A stretch of 64,000 nt of DNA from positions 576,001-640,000 of the forward strand of contig CAVWWD010000008.1 in assembly GCA_963758635.1 (NCBI GenBank). The letters are read 5' to 3'. A program made the translations under genes and the position numbers. This DNA is from an uncultured Candidatus Rokubacteria bacterium (GTDB lineage Bacteria > Methylomirabilota > Methylomirabilia > Rokubacteriales > CSP1-6). The notes beneath the pieces are model-generated. The model searched no databases and had not been told where the DNA came from. It saw only the letters and a list, made by a program, of their open reading frames with translations. This document shows positions 25,713 through 36,827 of the stretch, in pieces (within the stretch, counting starts at the first letter, position 1; each line of letters begins with the position of its first letter).

Positions 25713-26360
25713 TCAGGCTGCCCCTTCCTCCATCCGGGCGATCTCGATGCGCCGGGAGAGGAAGTAGGCGAAGAGGAGGAGGAAGGCCAGCCAGTTGACG
25801 GCAAGCACGGCCTTGATCACGGGCGCGATGGGCGAGGGCTCCGGCCCCAGGATCGTGGAGGGCTGGTGCAGGGCGCGCCACCACTTCACCGAGAAGTGCA
25901 CGATCGGGATGTTGGCGGCGCCCAGGATGCCCACCACCGCCGCGTACCGCGCGCGGCGCTCCGGCTCGTCCACCATGGCGCGCAGCAGCAGGTATCCGAG
26001 GTACACGAGGAACAGGACGGCGGTCGAGGTCAGGCGCGCGTCCCACGTCCACCACGTCCCCCAGGTGGGCTTGCCCCAGATCGACCCCGACACGATGGTG
26101 ACACCGGTGAAGAGCACACCGAGCTCCGCCGCCGAGACGGCGAGCCGGTCCCACCGGCCGGCGCGCGTGGCCAGGTAGCCGACGCTGCCGATCAGCGTCA
26201 GCGCGAACGCCAGGTACGCGGTCAGCACGGCGGGCACGTGCAGGTACATGATCCGCTGGACGTTGCCCTGGATGGCCTCGCGCGGCGCCACGCCGAAAGC
26301 GAGGGCCAGGCCGGCGAGGAGGCCGAGGACGGCGAGGACGCCGATCACGCGGGTGAGCAT
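25713..26360 (-). CDS. ccmC: Heme exporter protein CcmC
   Basis: YLHVP, WGKPTWGTWWTWDARLT, LHQ motifs. Confidence 0.95.
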   Translation of the reverse strand: MLTRVIGVLAVLGLLAGLALAFGVAPREAIQGNVQRIMYLHVPAVLTAYLAFALTLIGSVGYLATRAGRWDRLAVSAAELGVLFTGVTIVSGSIWGKPTWGTWWTWDARLTSTAVLFLVYLGYLLLRAMVDEPERRARYAAVVGILGAANIPIVHFSVKWWRALHQPSTILGPEPSPIAPVIKAVLAVNWLAFLLLFAYFLSRRIEIARMEEGAA

Positions 26361-26366
26361 AGCATC

Positions 26367-26487
26367 TTGCGAAGCGAGCCGAAGGCGAGCGGAGCGCATA
26401 TGGAAATGCAGTGGAACCCACCGCAACGCTGTTCCGATGGCGGGGGTTCCACTGCATTTCCATATACGCTCGCTCGCCATGGCTCAC
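26367..26487. repeat. Family A repeat: inverted pair forming a long hairpin between ccmB and ccmC
   Basis: ATATGGAAATGCAGTGGAACCC…GGGTTCCACTGCATTTCCATAT. Confidence 0.9.
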
Positions 26488-26493
26488 GTGGAG

Positions 26494-27174
26494 TCAGACC
26501 TCGATCACAAACTCGAAGGTCAGGAGACCCACCACGAGGTAGACGAGGTCGGCGGCGACCAGGAGCTTGATCCACTGCGCGGAGTCGGCGAGGGGCTGGC
26601 CCTGGAGCACCGCTTCGGTGGCGCTCACCGTGGCGAGCAGGATCGGCACCTGCGCGGGCAGCAGCAGGACCGGGAACAGCACCTCTCGCGCGCGCACCTG
26701 GGCCGTCATCGCGGCGAACAGCGTGCCCACCGCGGAGAGCCCGATCGTGCCGAGAGCCAGCACCACGACGAGGGGACCCACCGCGGGGGGCGCGTCCAGG
26801 TTGAAGAACACGCCGAAGAGCAGGAGGATCACCGCTTCGACCACCGCCATCAGCGCGATGTTCGACAGGAGCTTGCCGAGAAAGATGGCGGACTTGTCGC
26901 CCGAGGTGAGGAGCAGCCCCTCCCAGCAGTCGTTGTCGCGCTCGATCACCCAGCTCCGGCCCAGCCCCAGGAGCCCGGTGAGGACGAAGCCCAGCCAGAG
27001 GAGCCCGGGCAGGGCCGCCTGGACGCGCTCGCGATCCGGACCCAGCGTGAACTGGAACAGGAACAGCAAGAGCAGCGAGAAGAAGAGGACGGCGTTCAGG
27101 CTCTCCTTCGAGCGGCGCTCGATGAGCAGGTCCTTCCAGACCACGATCCAGGCGCGACGCGCGTAGAGCGTCAT
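26494..27174 (-). CDS. ccmB: Heme exporter permease CcmB
   Basis: KDLLIE.R, PGLLW, REVLFPVLLLP motifs. Confidence 0.92.
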   Translation of the reverse strand: MTLYARRAWIVVWKDLLIERRSKESLNAVLFFSLLLLFLFQFTLGPDRERVQAALPGLLWLGFVLTGLLGLGRSWVIERDNDCWEGLLLTSGDKSAIFLGKLLSNIALMAVVEAVILLLFGVFFNLDAPPAVGPLVVVLALGTIGLSAVGTLFAAMTAQVRAREVLFPVLLLPAQVPILLATVSATEAVLQGQPLADSAQWIKLLVAADLVYLVVGLLTFEFVIEV

Positions 27175-27890
27175 GGGCGGAGGGGTGCCGCATCGCCCTC
27201 GGTGAGGGCGTCGTAGACGCGGCGCAGCTCGTCGGCGGGCAGGTCGGACGCCGGCTGCTCGAGCGCGAATCGGCCGCCGACCAGGATCGCGACCCGATCG
27301 GCGACGGCCAGGCCGCCGCCGAAGCTGTGCGTGGCCAGGACGACGGCGCCGCCCCCCGACCTGAACCCCAGCAGGAACTCCGTGAGCCACTTGCTGCCCT
27401 GGCGGTCCAGGCCGGTGAACGGTTCGTCGAGCAGCAGGATCCGCGCGCCGCCGAGGAGCACGCGAGCGAGGCCGAGCCGACGTTTCATGCCCGCGGAGAA
27501 GGTGCGGGCGCGGTCGTGGGCCACGGCGTCCAGCTCGACCTCCGCCAGGGCCTCGCGCAGCCGGGCCGGGCTGGCGTCGCCTCCGCCCATGACCGTCCAG
27601 AAGCGGAGGTTCTCGAGGGCGGTCAGGTCTTCGTAGACATAGGACCCGTGGCCGACCACGCCCACGAGGGCCCGGGCGCGTTCCGGCTCGCGCAGGGCGT
27701 CGATGCCTCCCACGCGGAGCGTCCCCGCGCTCGGCCGCAGGAGGGTCGCGAGGATGCGGAGGAGCGTGGACTTGCCGGCGCCGTTCGGTCCGAGGAGGGC
27801 CAGGGACTCGCTGGCGCCGAGATCCAGGGACACCCGGTCGAGGACGAGGTTCAGGCCGAACGACTTGCGGATCTCGCGAGCGGCGATCAT
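27171..27890 (-). CDS. ccmA: Heme exporter ATP-binding protein CcmA
   Basis: GPNGAGKS, FSAGMKRR, LLLDEPFTGLD motifs. Confidence 0.92.
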   Translation of the reverse strand: MIAAREIRKSFGLNLVLDRVSLDLGASESLALLGPNGAGKSTLLRILATLLRPSAGTLRVGGIDALREPERARALVGVVGHGSYVYEDLTALENLRFWTVMGGGDASPARLREALAEVELDAVAHDRARTFSAGMKRRLGLARVLLGGARILLLDEPFTGLDRQGSKWLTEFLLGFRSGGGAVVLATHSFGGGLAVADRVAILVGGRFALEQPASDLPADELRRVYDALTEGDAAPLRP

Positions 27891-27964
27891 GCCGTGGCCT
27901 GGGGCCTGCAGGCTACCCAGAGGTCAGGCGGGAGGAGCGGCGGGCGCTCCTCCCCCGCTTTCCG

Positions 27965-28819
27965 TCAAACGGCCATGGCGCGGAGCCGGGCCACCCGCTC
28001 CGCGATCGGAGGATGCGTCGAGAACAGGCCGGCAAGGCCGCCGCCGCTCAGCGGATTGACGATGTAGAGATGCGCGGTGGCCGGGACCGGGCGCATGTGC
28101 CCCATGGACGCGGCCATCTCCATCTTCTCGAGCGCCTTCGCGAGCCCCCAGGGCTGGCCGGCGATCCGGGCGCCGGTGGCGTCGGCGTGGTACTCACGCG
28201 CGCGCGAGATGGCGAGCTGCACGAGCGTGGCCGCGATCGGCGCCACGATGGCCATGGCGAGCGCGCCGAACATGCCACCGCCGTGCCCCTCTTCGTCGCT
28301 GTCCCGGCGATGCCCGCCGAAGATCGCGGCGAACTGCGCCATGTGGGCGATGTAGGTGATGGCGCCGGCCAGCGTGGCCGCGACCGTCATGATGAGCGTG
28401 TCGCGGTTCTTGATGTGGGCCAGCTCGTGCGCGATCACGCCCTCGAGCTCGGTGTCGTCGAGGATCCGCGTGATGCCCTGGGTGACGGCCACCGCGGCAT
28501 GCTCGGGGTTCCGGCCGGTGGCGAAGGCGTTCGGGGTGTCCTCGGGAATCACGTAGAGGCGGGGCATCGGGAGGCCGGCGCGGGTGGCGAGCCGATGGAC
28601 CATGCCGTACAGCTGGGGCGCCTGGGCCTCGTCGACCGGCTGCGCGCCCGACATGGCCAGCGCGATCCGATCGGAGAACCAGTAAGCGCCCAGGTTCATG
28701 ACTCCCGCCATGACCAGGCCGAGGAGCATGCCCTGGCTCCCGCCGAGAGCTCCGCCCAGCAGGACAACGATGCTGGTGAGTACCCCGAGAAGGAGCGCGG
28801 TCTTGAAGATATTTCCCAT
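27965..28819 (-). CDS. htpX: Zinc metalloprotease HtpX
   Basis: PNAFATG, HELAH, SRAREY.AD, FSTHPP motifs. Confidence 0.95.
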   Translation of the reverse strand: MGNIFKTALLLGVLTSIVVLLGGALGGSQGMLLGLVMAGVMNLGAYWFSDRIALAMSGAQPVDEAQAPQLYGMVHRLATRAGLPMPRLYVIPEDTPNAFATGRNPEHAAVAVTQGITRILDDTELEGVIAHELAHIKNRDTLIMTVAATLAGAITYIAHMAQFAAIFGGHRRDSDEEGHGGGMFGALAMAIVAPIAATLVQLAISRAREYHADATGARIAGQPWGLAKALEKMEMAASMGHMRPVPATAHLYIVNPLSGGGLAGLFSTHPPIAERVARLRAMAV

Positions 28820-28894
28820 CGTGCCGTCCTCCCGCACGCATGCTAGCAGCCCAGGACCCGTCAAGCAAGCCCGCGCCGGGGAAGCCTTTTCGGG

Positions 28895-28923
28895 TTGACA
28901 AGCCCCATACCCCCGTCTATACT
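28895..28923 (+). promoter_or_regulatory. Sigma70 promoter of the yceD-rpmF-fab operon
   Basis: TTGACA-17 bp-TATACT. Confidence 0.85.
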
Positions 28924-28979
28924 GACCCGGAAATTTCAAAAAATCCCTTACAAGACAGAATGTTAAGCGAAGCTCAATC

Positions 28980-29492
28980 ATGATCGTCCGCGTCTCAGAC
29001 ATCCCCGAGGACGGCCTCCACATCGACTCTCCCGAGCCTCTGGCCGGCGCGTTTCCCGAGGCCTCCTGGTCGCTCCGAGAGGTCGCTCTCCACGTCCAGA
29101 AGGAAGGTGAGGACGTCGTCGTCGAGGGCAGCCTGACGGCGAGCGTTCCCCAGGTCTGCGGCCGCTGTCTCGAGTCGTTCGACCTCATGGTCACGCCACA
29201 GGTCACCACACGCTTCGTCCCGGCCCAGGCGGCCAGCTCGGGCGAGCACGAGCTCGGCGCGGACGACCTCGAGACCGACACCTACGACCATGGCCAGCTC
29301 GACCTGGCGCGGCTGGTGGAGGCCGAGACCATCCTCGGGCTGCCCATGAAGCCGCTCTGCCGGGAAAACTGTCTCGGGCTGTGCTCCGTGTGCGGCGCGA
29401 ACAGGAACGTCACCCCCTGCGCGTGCGAGGCCCCTGCCTCGGACCCGCGCTGGGCCTCACTCCAGAAGCTGGCCGAACGCCTCTCGCGCTGA
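28980..29492 (+). CDS. yceD: DUF177/YceD family protein
   Basis: CGRCL, PMKPLC.ENCLGLC..CG, DPRW motifs. Confidence 0.92.
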   Translation: MIVRVSDIPEDGLHIDSPEPLAGAFPEASWSLREVALHVQKEGEDVVVEGSLTASVPQVCGRCLESFDLMVTPQVTTRFVPAQAASSGEHELGADDLETDTYDHGQLDLARLVEAETILGLPMKPLCRENCLGLCSVCGANRNVTPCACEAPASDPRWASLQKLAERLSR

Positions 29493-29553
29493 ACCCTTCC
29501 CGCGGGATATCATGCGGCGGGCGCCGACTGCCTGAAAGGACAGGAACCGACCG

Positions 29554-29736
29554 ATGCCACTGCCAAAGCGACGACATTCCAAGACGCGCGGGCGCAAGCG
29601 CCGCACGCACTACAAGATGGGCGCGCCGCCGCGCGCCGTCTGTCCGCAGTGCCGGGAGACGAAGCTCCCTCACCAGGTCTGCCCGCACTGTGGCTTCTAC
29701 AAGGGGCGCGAGGTGCTCGAGGTGGAAGGCACCTAG
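29554..29736 (+). CDS. rpmF: 50S ribosomal protein L32
   Basis: MPLPKRRHSK.R; zinc ribbon CPQC…CPHCG. Confidence 0.97.
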   Translation: MPLPKRRHSKTRGRKRRTHYKMGAPPRAVCPQCRETKLPHQVCPHCGFYKGREVLEVEGT

Positions 29737-29754
29737 CGGCCCTCGGGCCCGGCC

Positions 29755-30780
29755 ATGAAGATCGCACTCGACGCGATGGGAGGCGACTTCGGGCCCGCCG
29801 TTGTCGTCGAGGGCGCCGTCGCCGCCGCGCGTGAGTTCGGTCTCGCCTCCGTCCTGGTCGGCGACAAGGCCGCGGTCGAGCGTGAGATCCTCCGTCTCAA
29901 CGCGCAGGAGCTCCCCCTCTCGATCCGTCACGCCTCGCAGGTGGTCGGCATGGCCGAGGCGCCCTCCCAGGCCCTCCGTCGCAAGCGCGACTCGTCCCTC
30001 CGCGTCGCCGCCGACCTCGTCAAGGACGGCGAGTGCCACGCCCTCGTCTCGGCCGGCAACACCGGGGCGGCCATGGCCATCGGCATGGTCGTGCTGGGCG
30101 TCCTCCCCGGCGTGGACCGTCCCGCCATCGCCGCGACGCTGCCGAGCCTGAGCGGCTACACCGTGCTCCTCGACGCGGGCGCCAACGTCGACCCCAAGCC
30201 GCGTCACCTGGTCCAGTGGGCCGTCATGGGCCACGTGTACTCCCGCGACATCATCGGCGTGTCCAACCCCCGCGTCGGCCTCCTGTCCGTGGGCGAGGAG
30301 GAAGGCAAGGGCAACGACCTCGTGCGTGAGGCGTTCGAGCAGCTCCGCGGGTCGTCGGTCAACTTCATCGGCAACGTCGAGGGCCGCGAGATCTACAACG
30401 GCCGGTGCGACGTGGTCGTCACCGACGGCTTCACCGGCAACGTGTGCCTGAAGATCTCGGAGAGCCTGGCCGAGATGCTCACGTCGATGATCCGCGAGGA
30501 GCTGACGCGCGACATGGTGTCGCGCGCCGGCGCCGCGCTCTCCCGCGCGGCCTTCGCGCGCATGAAGAAGCGCGTGGACTACACGGAGATGGGCGGGGCG
30601 CCGCTGCTCGGCATCAACGGCGCGTCGATCATCTGCCACGGCGCCTCGCCGGTGAAGGCCATCAAGAACGCGCTGCGGGTGGCCGCGGAGTGGGTGAAGC
30701 ACGACGTGAACGAGCACATCAAGACCGCCCTCGAGGCCGAGGTGACGCTCGCCGAGGGGCGCGAAGGAGGGCGGGAATGA
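29755..30780 (+). CDS. plsX: Phosphate acyltransferase PlsX
   Basis: IALDAMGGD, SAGNTGA, DGFTGN motifs. Confidence 0.97.
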   Translation: MKIALDAMGGDFGPAVVVEGAVAAAREFGLASVLVGDKAAVEREILRLNAQELPLSIRHASQVVGMAEAPSQALRRKRDSSLRVAADLVKDGECHALVSAGNTGAAMAIGMVVLGVLPGVDRPAIAATLPSLSGYTVLLDAGANVDPKPRHLVQWAVMGHVYSRDIIGVSNPRVGLLSVGEEEGKGNDLVREAFEQLRGSSVNFIGNVEGREIYNGRCDVVVTDGFTGNVCLKISESLAEMLTSMIREELTRDMVSRAGAALSRAAFARMKKRVDYTEMGGAPLLGINGASIICHGASPVKAIKNALRVAAEWVKHDVNEHIKTALEAEVTLAEGREGGRE

Positions 30781-31758
30781 CGCGTGCCAGGATCGTCGGG
30801 ATCGGCGCCTACGCCCCGCAGCACGTCCTCACCAACGCCGACCTCGAGAAGATGGTCGCGACCTCCGACGAGTGGATCGTGCAGCGCTCCGGCATCCGCG
30901 AGCGCCGCATCGTCGCGCCCGACGAGGCCACGTCCGACCTGGCTCTGCGCGCGGCCCAGCAGGCGCTGGAGCGGGCCGGCGTGGGCCCGAAGGAGATCGA
31001 CTTCATCGTCGTGGGCACGACGACGGGCGACATGGCGTTCCCGACCACCGCCAACCTCGTCCAGCACCGGCTGGGGTGCCGGAACGCCGGCTCCGCCGAC
31101 GTGTACGCGGCGTGCGCGGGCTCGGTGTACAGCCTCTCGGTCGGCGCGCAGTACATCCAGACGGGCAAGTACCGGACGGTGCTCTGCATCGGCGCCGAGA
31201 CCCTGTCGCGCATCGTCGATTACACCGATCGCGGCACGTGCATCCTCCTCGCCGACGCGGCGGGGGCGGTGGTGCTCCGGCCCTCGCGACGACGACTCGG
31301 GCATCATCGACACCGACCTCTACTCCGACGGGAAGTACTGGCCGTTGCTCTACCAGCCCGCGGGCGGGTCGGCGCGACCGGCCACGCACGAGACCGTCGA
31401 CCAGCGCCTGCACTACGCGAAGATGAAGGGCAACGAGGTGTTCAAGGTCGCCGTGCGCATGTTCGGCGACTGCGCGGAGCGTATCCTCGCGAAGAACGGC
31501 TTCACCGTGCAGGACGTGTCGCTGTTCGTCCCGCACCAGGCGAACCTCCGGATCATCGAGGCCGCGGCGAAGCGGCTCGGGCTGCCCATGGAGCGGGTGA
31601 TGGTGAACGTGGAGCGCTACGGCAACACCGGCGCCGCGTCGGTCTACGTCGCCCTCGAGGAAGCGTGGGTCGGAAAACGCGTGAGCACGGGCGATCTCGT
31701 CCTGCTGGCGGCCTTCGGCGGCGGCTTCACGTGGGGCGCGGCCCTCCTCCGCTGGTGA
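30777..31758 (+). CDS. fabH: Beta-ketoacyl-ACP synthase III (frameshift near 31285)
   Basis: AACAG, PHQAN, YGNTGAAS, FGGGFTWG motifs. Confidence 0.93.
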
Positions 31759-31762
31759 CGGC

Positions 31763-32725
31763 ATGAGCGGCCCCGCGGGCGCGCCCCGCATCGCGTTCCT
31801 CTTCCCCGGCCAGGGCTCGCAGTCGGTGGGCATGGGACGGGACCTCGCCGCCGCCTCCCCCGAGGCCGCCGCGGTGTGGCGGCAGGCCGACGAGGCGCTC
31901 GGCTTTCCGCTCTCGCGCCTGTGCTTCGAGGGCCCGGAGGCGGAACTGGTGCTCACCGCGAACACGCAGCCCGCGGTGCTGACGGCGAGCGTGGCCGCGG
32001 CCGCCGCCCTCGCCGCCGCCGGCGTGACCCCAGACCTCGCGGCGGGCCACAGCCTGGGCGAGTACTCCGCCCTGGTCGTGGCGGGCGCGCTGCCGTTCGC
32101 CGACGCCGTCCGCCTCGTGCGCAAGCGCGGCGAGTTCATGCAGGAGGCGGTGCCGGTGGGCACCGGCGCCATGGCCGCGCTGCTCGGCGTGGACGCCGCG
32201 GTGGTCGACGAGGTGTGCGCCGAGGTCGCCCAGGGCGAAGTGGTCGGCGTGGCGAACATCAACGCCCCCGGCCAGATCGTGATCGCCGGGCACCGGGCCG
32301 CGGTGGAGCGCGCGGTGAAGGCCGCGTCCACGCGCGGCGGCAAGAGCCGCATGCTCCCGGTGAGCGCCCCGTTCCACTCCGCGCTGATGAAGCCGGCGGC
32401 CGACCGCCTCGCCGCGGAGCTGGACGCGGTCGCCGCGTCGGCCCCACGCATCCCGGTGGTGCGCAACGTGGACGCCGGCCTCACCACCGCCCTCGAGGAG
32501 GTGAAGCCGTTCCTCCTCCGCCAGGTGGCGAGCCCGGTGCGCTGGTCGGCCTGCGTCGAGCGCCTGGCGCGGGCGGGGGCGCGCGAGTTCGTGGAGGTGG
32601 GCCCCGGCCGGGTGCTGACGGGCCTCCTCAAGCGCATCATCGACGGGGCCGCCGGACACTCCGTCGAGGACCCCGCGTCGCTCGGCAAGACCGTCGCCGC
32701 GCTCTCCGGCCGCGAGGGCGCGTGA
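31763..32725 (+). CDS. fabD: Malonyl-CoA:ACP transacylase
   Basis: FPGQGSQ, GHSLGE, PFHS motifs. Confidence 0.96.
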   Translation: MSGPAGAPRIAFLFPGQGSQSVGMGRDLAAASPEAAAVWRQADEALGFPLSRLCFEGPEAELVLTANTQPAVLTASVAAAAALAAAGVTPDLAAGHSLGEYSALVVAGALPFADAVRLVRKRGEFMQEAVPVGTGAMAALLGVDAAVVDEVCAEVAQGEVVGVANINAPGQIVIAGHRAAVERAVKAASTRGGKSRMLPVSAPFHSALMKPAADRLAAELDAVAASAPRIPVVRNVDAGLTTALEEVKPFLLRQVASPVRWSACVERLARAGAREFVEVGPGRVLTGLLKRIIDGAAGHSVEDPASLGKTVAALSGREGA

Positions 32726-33486
32726 GCGGTTCCGGGCCGGAGGCCAAGGGCCTCGCCGGCCGCGTGGCCATCGTCACCGGCGGCAGCCGCGGCATCGGTC
32801 TCGCGATCGCTCGCTCCCTGGCAGAGGCCGGGGCTTCCGTGGTAGTCTCTGGCCGCGACGCGGCCCGGCTCGACGCGGCGGCGAAGGATCTCGAAGCCTG
32901 TGGCGGCGCCGTGTTGGCCGTCGCGGGGGACGTTGCGAAGCGCGAGGACGCGGACCGCCTGGTCGAGGCCGCGCGCGAGCGCTTCGGGCGCCTCGACGTG
33001 CTCGTGAACAACGCCGGCATCACGCGAGACCAGCTCATCGTCCGCATGAAGGACGACGACTGGGACCAGGTCCTGGACACGAACCTGCGGGGCGTGTTCC
33101 TGATGACCCGGGCGGCGACCCGGCCGATGATGCGCCAGCGGAGCGGGCGGATCATCAACATCTCCTCCACGGCGGGGGCGATGGGCAATCCCGGTCAGGT
33201 GAACTACTCCGCGGCGAAGGCGGGGATGATCGGCCTCGCCAAGGCGGCGGCGCGGGAACTGGCGCACTGGAACATCCTGGTCAACGTGGTGGCGCCCGGC
33301 CTGATCGAGACCGACATGGCGGCGGCCCTCCCGGAGGCGGCGCGGGAGGCCCTGCTCCAGCAGGTTCCGCTCAAGCGCATCGGCGAGGCGCGCGAGGTCG
33401 CCGAGGTCGTGCGGTTCCTCGCCGGCGACGGGGCCACCTATGTGACGGGGCAGGTGATCCACGTCAACGGCGGGCTGTACATGTAG
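32722..33486 (+). CDS. fabG: 3-oxoacyl-ACP reductase
   Basis: TGGSRGIG, NNAGITRD, YSAAK motifs. Confidence 0.95.
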   Translation: MSGSGPEAKGLAGRVAIVTGGSRGIGLAIARSLAEAGASVVVSGRDAARLDAAAKDLEACGGAVLAVAGDVAKREDADRLVEAARERFGRLDVLVNNAGITRDQLIVRMKDDDWDQVLDTNLRGVFLMTRAATRPMMRQRSGRIINISSTAGAMGNPGQVNYSAAKAGMIGLAKAAARELAHWNILVNVVAPGLIETDMAAALPEAAREALLQQVPLKRIGEAREVAEVVRFLAGDGATYVTGQVIHVNGGLYM

Positions 33487-33573
33487 ACGGCGCTGTCCGG
33501 GCGCCGACGAGCGCCCTCGCGGCCGCGCCGGATTGCTGGACTTCAGTGCACGGGACGCGTGCAGGAGGCACGG

Positions 33574-33813
33574 ATGACGACGAAGCCGGTGGAAGAGCGG
33601 GTACGCGAGATCATCTGTGACAACCTCGGAGTGCGGCCGGACGAGGTCACGATGGAAGCGAAGTTCATCGAGGACCTCAACGCCGACTCCCTGGACACCG
33701 TCGAGCTCGTGATGGCGTTCGAGGAGGAGTTCGGCCTCGAGATCCCCGACGAGGACGCCGAGAAGATCACGACGGTCGGCGACGCCATCCGCTACATCAA
33801 GGAGAAGGTGTAA
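33574..33813 (+). CDS. acpP: Acyl carrier protein
   Basis: [14 protein letters not shown]. Confidence 0.97.
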   Translation: MTTKPVEERVREIICDNLGVRPDEVTMEAKFIEDLNADSLDTVELVMAFEEEFGLEIPDEDAEKITTVGDAIRYIKEKV

Positions 33814-33840
33814 CCAGGGGACGGGAGAGCGGAGGTCAGC

Positions 33841-35079
33841 GTGCAGCGCGTCGTCATCACCGGCCTCGGGGCGGTCACGCCGCTCGGCAACACCGCGGAG
33901 GAGTTCTGGGCGGGGTTGATCGAGGGGCGATCGGGCATCGGCCCCATCACGCGCTTCGACGCGAGCGCGTACCCGACCCGGATCGCCGGCGAGGTCAAGG
34001 GCTTCGACGCCCTCAAGTTCATCGACCGGAAGGACGAGCGGAAGCTCGATCCCTTCCTGAAGTACGCGCTGGCCTGCGCCCAGATGGCCGTCGACGACGC
34101 GGGGCTGAAGGTGGACGAGGTCGACGGGACGCGCTTCGGGGCCCTGGTGGGGTCGGGCATCGGCGGCATCAGTACGCTGCTGGAAAGCCACAACGTGTTG
34201 CTGAGCAAGGGGCCGGACCGCGTGTCGCCGTTCTTCATCCCCATGATCATCGTCAACATGGCCTCGGGGCTCATCTCCATGCGCTTCGGGGCGAAGGGCC
34301 CGAACTCCGCGGTGGTGACGGCCTGCGCCACCGGCAACCACGCCATCGGCGACGCCACGCGGATCATCCAGCGCGGCGACGCGGACGTGATGATCGCGGG
34401 CGGCTCGGAGGCCATCATCATCCCCCTGTGCATCGCGGGGTTCTGCCAGATGAAGGCGATGTCCACCCGCAACGACGAGCCGACGCGCGCGTCGCGCCCG
34501 TTCGACGCGGGGCGCGACGGGTTCGTGTGCGGGGAAGGCGGCGGCATCGTGCTCCTCGAGTCGCTCGAGCACGCCGTCCGCCGGGGCGCCCGCATCTACG
34601 CGGAGGTGGCGGGCTACGGCATGACGAGCGACGCCCACCATCTGACCGCGCCCGATCCCGAGGGCGACGGCGCGGCGCGCGCCATGGCCGCGGCCCTCCG
34701 CGACGCGGGGCTCGAGCCCGCCGCGATCGGCTACATCAACGCGCACGGCACCTCCACGCCGTACAACGACAAGTTCGAGACGCTCGCCATCAAGCGCGTG
34801 TTCGGCGAGCACGCCCGCCGGCTGGCCGTCTCCTCGACCAAGTCGATGACCGGGCACCTGCTCGGCGCCGCCGGCGGTATCGAGGCCATCGCCACCGCGC
34901 TGGCCCTCCACCACGGGGTGCTCCCCCCGACCATCAACTACGAGACGCCCGACCCCGAGTGCGACCTCGACTACGTGCCGAACCAGGCCCGCAAGCAGGA
35001 GGTCGGCGCGGCCCTCACCAACGCCTTCGGGTTCGGCGGCACCAACGCGAGCCTCGTCCTCGTCAAGTACCGCCCCTAG
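33841..35079 (+). CDS. fabF: Beta-ketoacyl-ACP synthase II
   Basis: [25 protein letters not shown] motifs. Confidence 0.97.
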   Translation: MQRVVITGLGAVTPLGNTAEEFWAGLIEGRSGIGPITRFDASAYPTRIAGEVKGFDALKFIDRKDERKLDPFLKYALACAQMAVDDAGLKVDEVDGTRFGALVGSGIGGISTLLESHNVLLSKGPDRVSPFFIPMIIVNMASGLISMRFGAKGPNSAVVTACATGNHAIGDATRIIQRGDADVMIAGGSEAIIIPLCIAGFCQMKAMSTRNDEPTRASRPFDAGRDGFVCGEGGGIVLLESLEHAVRRGARIYAEVAGYGMTSDAHHLTAPDPEGDGAARAMAAALRDAGLEPAAIGYINAHGTSTPYNDKFETLAIKRVFGEHARRLAVSSTKSMTGHLLGAAGGIEAIATALALHHGVLPPTINYETPDPECDLDYVPNQARKQEVGAALTNAFGFGGTNASLVLVKYRP

Positions 35080-35084
35080 TCCCG

Positions 35085-35518
35085 ATGCGCGGGGCGCCCT
35101 CTCGGCGCGCCTCGGGCATGCCTTCGCCGACGAATCGCTGCTCCGCCGCGCCCTGACGCACCGGTCCTATGCGAACGAGCACCCGGGCGAGGCGGACAAC
35201 GAGGCCCTGGCCTTCCTGGGCGACTCGGTGCTGCAGCTCGTGGTCACCGAGGCCCTCTGGCGCGCGACCCCCGACGATCCGGTGGGCGTGCTGACGCCAC
35301 GGCGGGCCGCGATCGTCTCCGGCGCCGCGGTCGCGCGCTGGGCCGAGGCCATCGACCTCGGCCAGCACGTGCGGCTCGGCCGGGGCGAGCGGGACAGCGG
35401 CGGGGCGGCCAAGGAGTCGGTGCTGGCCACCGCGCTGGAGGCGGTCCTGGCCGTCGTGTACCTCGAGGCGGGGCTCGACGGCGCGCGGCGCGTGGTCGCG
35501 TCCCTGGCCCTGTGGTAG
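35085..35518 (+). CDS. rnc: RNase III nuclease domain only (no dsRBD); start needs a 1-nt correction
   Basis: ALTHRSY, NEALAFLGDSVL, LGRGE, TALEAVL motifs; canonical position after fabF. Confidence 0.75.
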
Positions 35519-35528
35519 CGTGACCTAC

Positions 35529-36683
35529 ATGCGTCTGTGGCCCTTCGCCCGCGGCGGCTCGACGAGGAGACCGGGCGGGCCGGCCGACGCCGATGGGTTC
35601 CTGATCCAGCAGGACCTCCTCCGTCGTAACGTCGAGGACGTCTTCCACGTGCGCCAGGCTGCCGCGCGCGGCCATGCCTTCCTGTTCGCCGGCGATCTGC
35701 TCGAGGAGCCGGCGCGGGCCCTCGCCCTCATCGAGCCTCGCTTTCGCGCCCACGGGTACACGCCGTTCCTCTCGCGGGAAGGGGGCATGACGTGGCTGCA
35801 GGCCCTGCCCGTCGCCGAGGTGACGGAGCGGTCGCGGCTCGGCCTGACCATCACGCTGTTCCTGCTCACCGTGCTCTCCACCGTGGCCGCGGGGGCGTTC
35901 TGGGCGGGCGCCGTGCCGTACCTCACGTTCGATCCATCGCGGGACCCCGTGCGGCTGCTCGCCGGGGTGCCGTTCGCGGCGACGCTCCTGGCCATTCTCG
36001 GCACCCACGAGTTCGGCCACTACTTCGTTGCGCGGGCGTACGGCGCCTCGGTCAGCCTGCCCTTCTTCATCCCGGTGCCGCCACCGGTGTTCCTCTTCGG
36101 CACCCTGGGCGCGGTCATCCGGATGCGCTCGCCGGTGCGGGACCGGAACGCGCTCCTCGACATCGCCGCCGCCGGCCCGATCGCCGGCATGCTGGTGGCG
36201 GTGCCCGCGGTCTGGCTCGGCCTCGCGTGGTCGCGCGTGGGCACGATCCCGTCGAGCGGCGCCATATCGTTCGGCGACTCCCTGCTCATGCGGCTGATGA
36301 CGTGGGCCGTGTTCGGCCGCATCCCCGAGGGGATGGACGTTTTCATCCACCCGGTGGCCCTCGCGGGATGGGTGGGCTTCTTCGTGACCGCGCTCAACCT
36401 GTTTCCGCTCGGACAGCTCGACGGCGGCCGCATCGCCTACGCGCTCTTCGGTGCGCACCACCGGAAGGTCTCGCTGGGCACCTTCGTGGGGCTGATCGCG
36501 CTGGGCATGCTGAGCGGATCGCCGAACTGGTACGTGTTCGCGGGCATCGTGGTGCTCCTGATCGGCTTCCACCACACGCCGCCGCTGGACGACGTGACGC
36601 CGCTCACGCCCGGACGCTACGCGCTGGGCCTGGCCTGCCTGGTGATGCTGGTCCTGCTCATCCCCCCCGTGCCCCTCAGCTGA
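35529..36683 (+). CDS. Site-2 protease family (M50) membrane metalloprotease
   Basis: HEFGH, AGP, NLFPLGQLDGG motifs. Confidence 0.92.
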   Translation: MRLWPFARGGSTRRPGGPADADGFLIQQDLLRRNVEDVFHVRQAAARGHAFLFAGDLLEEPARALALIEPRFRAHGYTPFLSREGGMTWLQALPVAEVTERSRLGLTITLFLLTVLSTVAAGAFWAGAVPYLTFDPSRDPVRLLAGVPFAATLLAILGTHEFGHYFVARAYGASVSLPFFIPVPPPVFLFGTLGAVIRMRSPVRDRNALLDIAAAGPIAGMLVAVPAVWLGLAWSRVGTIPSSGAISFGDSLLMRLMTWAVFGRIPEGMDVFIHPVALAGWVGFFVTALNLFPLGQLDGGRIAYALFGAHHRKVSLGTFVGLIALGMLSGSPNWYVFAGIVVLLIGFHHTPPLDDVTPLTPGRYALGLACLVMLVLLIPPVPLS

Positions 36684-36827
36684 TCAGAGGCGCGACGCGC
36701 TCCCTCCTTGCCTCGGCGGGCGCCCACCGCTAACATGGGCCGCCGTCGTCGCGCCCCTCGCGGCCGACCGGCGCCTCGCGGCCCGCGGCCGCTTCCGAAC
36801 CTCGGATCGCACCCAGGAGGCCATGCC

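Noticed and set aside
26360..26480. N-terminal extensions of ccmC, fbpB and the esterase in the ORF track
   Set aside because: They are translations of family A repeats upstream of the likely starts.
31003..34914. 1303-aa minus-strand ORF and many other long overlapping ORFs
   Set aside because: Antisense or alternate-frame shadows of real genes, expected at high GC, with no recognisable motifs.
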